From contig CAZOHP010000002.1 in assembly GCA_964579815.1 (NCBI GenBank), positions 1-39,492 of the forward strand: a DNA stretch of 39,492 nucleotides, given 5' to 3'. The notes below the pieces were generated by a model. That model saw nothing but the letters and a program-made list of their open reading frames with translations, did not search any database and was not told the origin of the DNA. This DNA comes from an uncultured Lachnospiraceae bacterium. Lineage in GTDB: Bacteria; Bacillota; Clostridia; Oscillospirales; CAG-272. How positions within the stretch are numbered: the first letter of the stretch is position 1; each line of letters opens with the position of its first letter. Made by a program: the position numbers and the translations under genes. This document shows positions 8,711 to 15,861 of this stretch, piece after piece.

Positions 8711-8764
8711 CCGCTACGACACTTTTCGTTGTATTCGTTTGAAATAAATCACAAGAGGCAGAGT

Positions 8765-10324
8765 TCAAAGGGGGCAGTGAAGCGCTTGACCAACGGCATC
8801 GGCAATGTCCGAGGCCATCACCGCGTGCTTGCCGAGGCGTTCGGCGGCGATGTCGCCGGCCGTAGCATGGAGTAAAACACCGAGAGCGCAAAGATGAGAC
8901 GGTGTAAAATCGGTGCGGGTGAGGTGCTGAGCAAACAGGGATGCGAGTACACCTGCCAAGCAGTCTCCCGAGCCGCCGGTGGCCATGCCGCTGTTGCCGC
9001 GATCCTGCATGTATTGCGTTTGACCGTCCGAAACGATCGTGCGGGTGTCCTTGAGCACGCAAACGGCACCGTAGGATTCGGCAAGATGTACGGCGGCGGA
9101 GATGAGGTCGTTTGCAATCTCTTGCACGGAATGCCCTGTCAGCCGGGACGCTTCGCCGAGGTGCGGCGTGAGAACGGTCGGATGCTTGCGCGCTTGGAGA
9201 AGCACCTGCAAGGGCTGATGCGAGGCGAGAAGATTCAGCCCATCGGCGTCCACCACGAGCGGCTTGCGGCAAAGACGGAATGTTTGCTCGGCCAGGGAAG
9301 CGGCCGCAGGCGATTGACCCAAACCGCAACCGAACACAACGGCGTCGGCACGGTCGAGAACGGTGGATAGCGCCTCGTCATCGGGAAGAGCGGCGGGGTC
9401 AATGGCGGTAAAGATTGCCTCGGGTAGGAGCGTTTGAAGCGGAATGCGGTTGATCTCGGGGCTCATGATCTCAACCAATCCCGCCCCCGCGCGGTAAGCG
9501 GATTTTGCGGCAAAATAGGCTGCGCCGCTCATGCCGAGAAAGCCTCCGACGATCAATACGCGCCCAAAGGTTCCCTTGTTTGCATAAGCGGGGCGGGAAA
9601 GAATGGGAGTGAGGTCGTGCGGCGTGACCTGCCACAAGCATACGGAAGAGCCGAGCACCTGTGTGGAAACGCCGATGGGGCACACCTTGATTTTGCCTGC
9701 GTAGGCGGCACCGGGATAGAGCAAAAGTCCCGGTTTGGGAAAGGCGATCGTGGCGGTGACTGTTGCGCGCACGGCAGTGCCGAGCACTTTGCCGGTATCG
9801 GCGCACACCCCCGAGGGAATATCAAGGGACAGCACCGTGACGCCGCCGCGTTCAACGCCGGCGTTGACGGCTTCGATCCATGCACTCATTTGACCGTGAA
9901 TCGGATGATCCAGTCCGATGCCGAACAGCGCGTCGACGACGATCACATCTTGTGCGGGCAACGGCGGAAGATCATCCGCCGTTTTGCCGCCGGCGGCTGT
10001 CCAAAGAGAGTATTGCGCGGCGCATTCAACACTCATGCGCGTTGTGTCGGGAATTGAACCGTTTCGGGAGCCGCCGTAGCAGACGGTGACATGATACCCC
10101 TCCTCAAAAAGAAAGCGTGCCATGGCGAAGCCGTCCCCGCCGTTGTTTCCTTTTCCGCACAGGACAAAAATATGTGTTCTGAAAGAGACCGAAAACTCTT
10201 CTTTCAAGACATCGACGGCGGCGTGAGCGGCTCGTTCCATTAAGATGCGTGAAGAGTTGCCCGGTTGTTCGATGGTATATTGATCGCATTGACGCATTTG
10301 GTTTGCGGTGAGCAGAGGGAACAT
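8765..10324 (-). CDS. nnr: Bifunctional NAD(P)H-hydrate repair enzyme Nnr (epimerase / ADP-dependent dehydratase)
   Basis: N-terminal YjeF_N pattern (LMERAA....VLCGKGNNGGDG) and a C-terminal carbohydrate-kinase domain with GGSGDCLAG. Start set at 10324 (MFPLLTANQMR), which has GAGGAGG upstream. The ORF-track extension to 10432 is unlikely. Confidence 0.88.
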   Translation of the reverse strand: MFPLLTANQMRQCDQYTIEQPGNSSRILMERAAHAAVDVLKEEFSVSFRTHIFVLCGKGNNGGDGFAMARFLFEEGYHVTVCYGGSRNGSIPDTTRMSVECAAQYSLWTAAGGKTADDLPPLPAQDVIVVDALFGIGLDHPIHGQMSAWIEAVNAGVERGGVTVLSLDIPSGVCADTGKVLGTAVRATVTATIAFPKPGLLLYPGAAYAGKIKVCPIGVSTQVLGSSVCLWQVTPHDLTPILSRPAYANKGTFGRVLIVGGFLGMSGAAYFAAKSAYRAGAGLVEIMSPEINRIPLQTLLPEAIFTAIDPAALPDDEALSTVLDRADAVVFGCGLGQSPAAASLAEQTFRLCRKPLVVDADGLNLLASHQPLQVLLQARKHPTVLTPHLGEASRLTGHSVQEIANDLISAAVHLAESYGAVCVLKDTRTIVSDGQTQYMQDRGNSGMATGGSGDCLAGVLASLFAQHLTRTDFTPSHLCALGVLLHATAGDIAAERLGKHAVMASDIADAVGQALHCPL

Positions 10325-10367
10325 GAGATGCCTATACCTCCTCGGAACTTGTTTTCTGTTTTTCTTT

Positions 10368-10396
10368 AGTATATCATGTTTTTTTGTGTAATGCAA
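10368..10396 (-). promoter_or_regulatory. Sigma-A type promoter for nnr
   Basis: Minus strand: TTGCAT (10396-10391), 17 nt spacer ending in TG, TATACT (10373-10368). Confidence 0.5.
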
Positions 10397-10426
10397 GGAA
10401 AATGTGCATGTGGTGTGAGAATTTCT

Positions 10427-10455
10427 TGACACGGCGAGCGGAATCGGTTATAATG
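10427..10455 (+). promoter_or_regulatory. Consensus sigma-A promoter for the 10485 gene
   Basis: TTGACA (10427-10432), exactly 17 nt, TATAAT (10450-10455). Confidence 0.65.
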
Positions 10456-10484
10456 AGGCATCAAGTGCTCAAAGGGGGCAATGA

Positions 10485-11294
10485 ATGAAACTGTTTTTTT
10501 TGTGCTTTGTCCGAATTGTGCTGTATACGCTGGGAGTGGTGACCGTGTGCGGTCTTGCGATCGAACTGTGTTATCGCCTGTGCTTTGCGTTGATGGGGAA
10601 GCGAGCGGGGCGCATTTTTTGGTTTTTGACTTCGTTTCTCGGCACACCGGTGCACGAAGGCGGTCACGCGCTGATGTGCTTGCTGTTTGCCCATCGCATC
10701 GAAAAAATGCGGTTGATTCCGACGCGGGCAGGGGGGGCGATGGTCGAGCACAGTTACGATCGTCGCAATCCATACGCAGTTTTCGGTAACCTTTGGATTG
10801 GCCTCGGTCCGATCTTTTCGGGGCTGGGTGTCATTTGGGTGATATTATGCTTGGTTTATCCCGAGTCGGTGCGGGCATATCGCATCACCGTGGAAACTTT
10901 GCTTGACGGCAACGCCGCAACAGCGCAAATACAGACAAGTATCAAATCGTTTTTGCACGGCCTTTTGACCGAGCGGACCCATACGGTTCCGGTGCGATTA
11001 GCGGCGATTACGGCGCTTTTTTCCATGGCGCTTCATGTTCGTTTGAGCGCGGCCGATGTGCGTGGCATGGTGCTCGGATTGCCCGGCTATGCGGTCATTT
11101 CGGCGCTGGTTGCGCTTGTGGCCGCGCTGATGGGAGAGACGGCGGTGACCGCTTTGACTATGTGGCTGCAAAATAGCGCATGGTTGCTTGTTTCACTGTT
11201 TGGCTTAATTCTGTTGTTCGGATTGACGCAACTTGTTCTTGCAGCGTTTTATCGAGGAGTGCTTGCCCTGATACAGGCAATACGACGAACTTAA
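10485..11294 (+). CDS. Polytopic membrane protein with an HExxH motif (putative membrane zinc metallopeptidase, DUF3267-like)
   Basis: TPVHEGGHALMC follows the first two TM helices, and there are several further hydrophobic helices. AAGGGGG RBS. Confidence 0.55.
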   Translation: MKLFFLCFVRIVLYTLGVVTVCGLAIELCYRLCFALMGKRAGRIFWFLTSFLGTPVHEGGHALMCLLFAHRIEKMRLIPTRAGGAMVEHSYDRRNPYAVFGNLWIGLGPIFSGLGVIWVILCLVYPESVRAYRITVETLLDGNAATAQIQTSIKSFLHGLLTERTHTVPVRLAAITALFSMALHVRLSAADVRGMVLGLPGYAVISALVALVAALMGETAVTALTMWLQNSAWLLVSLFGLILLFGLTQLVLAAFYRGVLALIQAIRRT

Positions 11295-11315
11295 CGGTAA
11301 CGGATTAACGGCAAT

Positions 11316-11365
11316 AACGAGCGGTCCGTCCCACTGATGTGGGACGGACCGCTCGTTGCTTTTTT
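11316..11365. terminator. Strong hairpin terminator between convergent genes
   Basis: 19-bp perfect stem AACGAGCGGTCCGTCCCAC / GTGGGACGGACCGCTCGTT with loop TGAT, followed by GCTTTTTT. Confidence 0.8.
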
Positions 11366-11366
11366 G

Positions 11367-13145
11367 TTATTCCGCCATGGCGGGCAGATCGTATTTTTTG
11401 ATGTAGTTTTCGTATTTTTGCTTGAAAACGGTTTCGTCGGAACGAATTGCGCGCAGAGATTCATGCAAGTGAAGATCATTCTGCGCCATGTCAAGCACGC
11501 AACCGGCAATATTGGAGCAATGGTCGGAAACGCGTTCGAGGTTGGTCAAAAGATCGGACCACACAAAGCCCGCTGCGATTGTACAATTGCCTTGCTGTAA
11601 GCGAAGAATGTGACGGGCGCGCAGCATTTCTTTGAGACGGTCGATCACTTGCTCCAGTGCTTCGACTTCAATGGCGGCGGAAATGTCGTTGTTGACAAAG
11701 GCGGCCAGCGCCAACGCCATTACCTCGCGCGTGGCGTCGGTCAAAACGGTCAGTTCACGTGCGGCCGACGGAGAAAATTCAATCTCCTTTTCCTTGAGTT
11801 CTTCAACCGACTCGATCAAATTGACGCTGTGGTCGGAGATACGCTCAAAGTCGCCGATGACGCGCAGAAGTTTGGCTGCCGTAGCGCTTTCATGTTCGGA
11901 CATTTGACGACCGGACAGTTTGACCAAATAGGAGCCGAGAATTTCTTCGTAGTGGTCGGTCAAGTCCTCGTCTTCGCGGATGGATTCGGCCAGGGCGGGG
12001 GTATAGTTGTTCAGCGCAACAATACCGTTTTCCATTGCTTTGACGGCTACATTGGCCATGGTGACGACCAGCGTGTGGCTGCGTTCCAAAGCAACGGCAG
12101 GCGTTGCCAACAGACGCTCGTCCAATTCGCTTGTGGATTCTGGCTTTTTGTCATCACGGACAATGAGATTGGCCAATTTTTCAAGCAAGCCTCCCATCGG
12201 GAGCATAAGCAGGGTGCAGAGAATGTTAAAAGCACTGTGACAGACGGGAATGCCGATTTCGCCGACCGATGAGGCGAGCCATGCTTCCAGCGCTGTGCCG
12301 GGCGCGATGAGATATTCAATGACGGAGAATACAGCCAACCAAACCGCCGTACCGATGACATTGAAAGACAGATGGACAACAGCGGCGCGCTTGGCGTTTT
12401 TGTTGGCGCCGATCGACGAGATGAGCGCAGTGACGCAGGTGCCGATGTTTTGTCCCATGATGATCGGAATGGCTGCCGCATAAGAAACCATTCCCGTTGA
12501 GAAAGCAAGAGATTGGAGAATACCGACCGACGCCGAAGAAGATTGAATGATGGCCGTTAAGATCATTCCCATCAACATGCCGAGTACGGGATTCTCAAAC
12601 GCGAGGAACAGGTCGCGGAACGCGGGGAGATCGGCCAGCCCAGACATGGCCCCCGACATGGTATCCATACCGAACATCAGTGTGGCAAAGCCGAGCAGAA
12701 TCGTTGAAGTATCTTTCCTTTTTTGTGTTGCGCCCGGAAGCATGTACATGATCGTGCCGATCAGTGCCAAAATAGGAGTAAAGGACGTAGGTTTAAGCAG
12801 TTGAACGAATAGGTTATCACTGCTGATACCGCCCAAACTCAAAATCCATGCCGTAACGGTAGTGCCGACGTTGGCCCCCATGATGACATTGATAGATTGT
12901 GCCAGAGTCATCAGCCCCGAGTTGACAAAGCCGACGACCATAACGGTGGTGGCAGATGAGGACTGTATGATAGCCGTTACACCCAGACCCGTTAAAAAAC
13001 CGGCGATTTTGTTGGTGGTCAATTTGCCGAGGATAGATTGCAATGTGTTGCCGGCGCGACGTTCCAGCGCCTGTCCCATCAAGTTCATGCCGAACAAGAA
13101 AAGGGCAAGACCGCCGACCATTGTCAAAACGTCAAATAAATCCAT
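11367..13145 (-). CDS. Na+/phosphate cotransporter family protein with a C-terminal PhoU-like domain (NptA/YjbB type)
   Basis: 592 aa. The N-terminal half has duplicated QSSSA(T/S) Na/Pi-cotransporter signatures (TAIIQSSSATT, TAIIQSSSASV). The C-terminal part is soluble and helical, with PhoU-type repeats (RISDHSVNL, RVSDHCSNI). Confidence 0.88.
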   Translation of the reverse strand: MDLFDVLTMVGGLALFLFGMNLMGQALERRAGNTLQSILGKLTTNKIAGFLTGLGVTAIIQSSSATTVMVVGFVNSGLMTLAQSINVIMGANVGTTVTAWILSLGGISSDNLFVQLLKPTSFTPILALIGTIMYMLPGATQKRKDTSTILLGFATLMFGMDTMSGAMSGLADLPAFRDLFLAFENPVLGMLMGMILTAIIQSSSASVGILQSLAFSTGMVSYAAAIPIIMGQNIGTCVTALISSIGANKNAKRAAVVHLSFNVIGTAVWLAVFSVIEYLIAPGTALEAWLASSVGEIGIPVCHSAFNILCTLLMLPMGGLLEKLANLIVRDDKKPESTSELDERLLATPAVALERSHTLVVTMANVAVKAMENGIVALNNYTPALAESIREDEDLTDHYEEILGSYLVKLSGRQMSEHESATAAKLLRVIGDFERISDHSVNLIESVEELKEKEIEFSPSAARELTVLTDATREVMALALAAFVNNDISAAIEVEALEQVIDRLKEMLRARHILRLQQGNCTIAAGFVWSDLLTNLERVSDHCSNIAGCVLDMAQNDLHLHESLRAIRSDETVFKQKYENYIKKYDLPAMAE

Positions 13146-13297
13146 GTTTTTTTCCTTTCGATATCTGTTTGTTTTTCATATAAAAAGACGGCTCACGGAA
13201 AAACCATGTGCCGCCGTTGTTGTTTGATGATCGGAAAAATCACAGGCGGTACGAACGAATACGTACAGCCCACGGGCTGTCGATCAGTCCGTACTTT

Positions 13298-13326
13298 ATT
13301 ATACCGCAAGCGTACTGCTTTGTCAA
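13298..13326 (-). promoter_or_regulatory. Consensus sigma-A promoter for the Na/Pi transporter, giving a leader of about 145 nt
   Basis: Minus strand: TTGACA (13326-13321), 17 nt, TATAAT (13303-13298). Confidence 0.65.
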
Positions 13327-13411
13327 GAGTAGGGGCGAAAAAAGGGAAAAGATTTACATTTGCGCAGAGAATTGTCGGTGCGGCCCGACAATTGTTTTGG
13401 TACCCGATCGC

Positions 13412-14263
13412 TCATCGGAGCAGATAGTCGCCGTAGGCGTGGGGGCAACTAACCTGAACACCGAGTTCTTCAAGCCACGCGCGCGTTTTCAGCGTCTGCC
13501 AAGGGCCGCTTCCGCGTCCTTTTCCGCTGTCACATTCCCATAGCCACATGGGGGCGGTGTAGAGCGCGATCTTAGGGCGAACGATCTCGTAGAAATTGCG
13601 CTCGGCACCGGCCTGCCCGTGGTGCGCCATCTGGACGATATCACATTGCAGGGTCGATGCGGGAACGCGAGAGAGCAGGGCATTTGCCGAAGCGGCGCCA
13701 AGGTCGCCGAGAAACAGGACATCACGCTTGGGATAGTGCACGCGGAGTACGGCGCTTGTGTCGTTGATGGAGTGATAATTTTCGTAATCCGAGCCGTCAG
13801 CGATGACCTCAACGGTCACTCCGCCGCATTGGATTACCTCGCCCGTCGAGAGCGATGTGTGAGCAATGCCGTGTTGCTCCAGTCGGCTGAAGAACTCCGT
13901 GACGAACGGATAAGAACCGCCGTTCTCAACAGATTTGATCCATTCGATTGGCGGGAAAGAAAAGCGCAGGTCGGCAATATCAAGGTCGAAGCGATCGCCC
14001 ATATTTGCCAGCATCGCGGACAGTGCGCCGAAATGATCCTCGTGCGCGTGCGTCATGATCCAAAGGTCAACGCGTTTGCCATGTGCCTTGATGAGTTCGT
14101 AGGTGTAATCGGCATCGCCGAAGTCATGGCGACCGCCATCAATCATGATCGTTTTGCCCTCGGGCGTCTCAAGCAAATATCCCATGCCTTGATGGGGGCC
14201 TCTTGTCGCATATTGAAGCAGGGACCCGCCGCCGAGCCCCACCTCAAGCGTGTTGAGTTGCAT
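13412..14263 (-). CDS. MBL-fold metallo-hydrolase (ComEC-C/beta-lactamase-like domain only)
   Basis: HAHEDHFG (HxHxDH) motif, downstream DLGAAS and MAHHG metal ligand-like motifs. AGAGG RBS. The start overlaps the end of the upstream gene by 20 nt. Confidence 0.8.
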   Translation of the reverse strand: MQLNTLEVGLGGGSLLQYATRGPHQGMGYLLETPEGKTIMIDGGRHDFGDADYTYELIKAHGKRVDLWIMTHAHEDHFGALSAMLANMGDRFDLDIADLRFSFPPIEWIKSVENGGSYPFVTEFFSRLEQHGIAHTSLSTGEVIQCGGVTVEVIADGSDYENYHSINDTSAVLRVHYPKRDVLFLGDLGAASANALLSRVPASTLQCDIVQMAHHGQAGAERNFYEIVRPKIALYTAPMWLWECDSGKGRGSGPWQTLKTRAWLEELGVQVSCPHAYGDYLLR

Positions 14264-15776
14264 GGGAACCTCTTGATTTGATGCAATATATTATGGCGTT
14301 TTCATCTTTCATAAGGCCGACGATTTTCTCATCGACCGCCTTGTCGAACATCATAATCTCCGGCTCGCTCGCTTCGTTGGCACCGTATTGCCCCAACATT
14401 GAGTTCAAGGACTGAATATAGGTGTTTCTCGACAGAACGGGGAGACTTTCCGCTTTTTTCGCTACAAGGTGCAACATACGGTAAGCCGAACGATCGAAGA
14501 TGTTGTCGCGAATAATATAATTATTTGCCGTGTTTTCGTAATTCCAACCCTTGATGTGAGCGGGGGTGTCGGTGTTGTGGCGTTGCTGTCCCCAGCCATA
14601 GCCCGCCAAACGCAACATATTTCCCGCTATGATGTAATCTTCCATATAACTCTCGGTATCTCCATCCAATTTTTCAAGGAAATATTCGATGGAATACACG
14701 CAACGTTCGACCAGATTGTCCAAATAGCGAATGTGCTTCATCACGCATTTGTTGCCGTGTGTGGTGACCTGGTGGGTGATTCCCGCATCGTAACATTGAT
14801 AAATATAGTTGTTCTGTACAACATAGTCATCACAGCCGCCGTAGATTTCAATGCCGTTACCATAACGCGTTACCGTACCGCGACCGCCTTGAGGGTAGTT
14901 GGGGTCGGTGCCGAGAAAATGCTGAACTGTGCCGCCGATCCACCCGATTTCGCAGTTTGTCACATGGAGCCCTACGCAGTGCCCGCCCGCCGCGATGGCA
15001 TGGGCGCCGATGTATTTCAGACATAGGTTGTCGATACGCACGTCGGCATTGCCGCCGACATTTATCATGTTGCGTTTGGGCAGTGCTTCGATGGAAGAAA
15101 ACACTTCACCCGGATTGCCGCGATCGCAACGGAGGTAGAGATCACCGTAACTTTCGGCATCCACGAGCGGTACCGGAAAATTTTGACCTTTGGAAGGGCG
15201 GTCGGTCATGCGTGCGATATAATAGCAGTACATGTCCAAATCGAGGGTCATTTCTTGCGCCATCACAAAATCGCGAGATTCGTCATCGCGGCAAACGAAA
15301 CGACCGCCGATAAAGGACGGGATAAGTTTGCGGCAGTGGGCTTCGCCTTCGTTGAAAACGAGGGTGCCGCAATCCAAAATTCGCTCGTTCAACTTCCAAA
15401 TGTTGTGAGCGGCATCGACGAGCGACCACAGCGCGGGATCGGCAAGATTTTTGACCCAACCGTAAAAGCGGGGTTTTTCCCCTTTGCCAAAGGCACAGTA
15501 GGTCACACCGGGACAGGTGACCAGTGTTCCTCGAAAAAGGTCGCCGCGGCGAAAGCGTACACCGTCACCGGGGCGGAGTTTTTCCGCCGTCACGCGGGCA
15601 AGCGTTTTCCATGCATGCTCCGGGCTGAGACCATCATCGGCGTCGTTGCCCTCGTTGCTGACGTAATAGGCGGTGCCGTTGATCGTGATTGTGTCCTCTG
15701 TATGAAGAATGGCTTGCTTTTTTTGCTCGGCAAGAACTTCGAGTTCGTTCAAAAACGTGTCTGTTGCGAAAATCAT
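14244..15776 (-). CDS. Right-handed parallel beta-helix repeat protein (pectate-lyase-fold; putative polysaccharide-active enzyme), no signal peptide
   Basis: 510 aa. N-terminal pattern YYVSNEGNDADDGLSPEHAWKTL is typical of beta-helix family proteins. Repeated G-x-x-I/V-x-N-C/N-x-I segments are present (VTNCEIGWIGG, VVQNNYIYQCYDAGI). Strong AAGGAGG RBS. Confidence 0.65.
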   Translation of the reverse strand: MIFATDTFLNELEVLAEQKKQAILHTEDTITINGTAYYVSNEGNDADDGLSPEHAWKTLARVTAEKLRPGDGVRFRRGDLFRGTLVTCPGVTYCAFGKGEKPRFYGWVKNLADPALWSLVDAAHNIWKLNERILDCGTLVFNEGEAHCRKLIPSFIGGRFVCRDDESRDFVMAQEMTLDLDMYCYYIARMTDRPSKGQNFPVPLVDAESYGDLYLRCDRGNPGEVFSSIEALPKRNMINVGGNADVRIDNLCLKYIGAHAIAAGGHCVGLHVTNCEIGWIGGTVQHFLGTDPNYPQGGRGTVTRYGNGIEIYGGCDDYVVQNNYIYQCYDAGITHQVTTHGNKCVMKHIRYLDNLVERCVYSIEYFLEKLDGDTESYMEDYIIAGNMLRLAGYGWGQQRHNTDTPAHIKGWNYENTANNYIIRDNIFDRSAYRMLHLVAKKAESLPVLSRNTYIQSLNSMLGQYGANEASEPEIMMFDKAVDEKIVGLMKDENAIIYCIKSRGSHATQHA

Positions 15777-15813
15777 GGCCTTGTCCTCCTTGTGATATCA
15801 TTGCTATCGGTTC

Positions 15814-15842
15814 AGTTTACCATATGAAACGGAAAAAGTCAA
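15814..15842 (-). promoter_or_regulatory. Sigma-A type promoter for the beta-helix/MBL pair
   Basis: Minus strand: TTGACT (15842-15837), 17 nt, TAAACT (15819-15814), in the 85-nt gap after addA. Confidence 0.45.
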
Positions 15843-15861
15843 TGGCTTTGTAAAAGCGTTG

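Noticed and set aside
8655-9329. 224-aa minus-strand ORF and the other long alternative-frame ORFs overlapping nnr (8894-9370, 9434-10057)
   Set aside because: They overlap the well-supported nnr frame and are Arg/Ala/Gly-rich low-complexity translations, as expected from GC-rich sequence.
13370-13393. Hairpin AATTGTCGG / CCGACAATT downstream of the MBL gene, considered as its terminator
   Set aside because: The T-run follows the hairpin on the plus strand, not on the minus strand where the gene lies, so the assignment as an intrinsic terminator for the minus-strand operon is weak.
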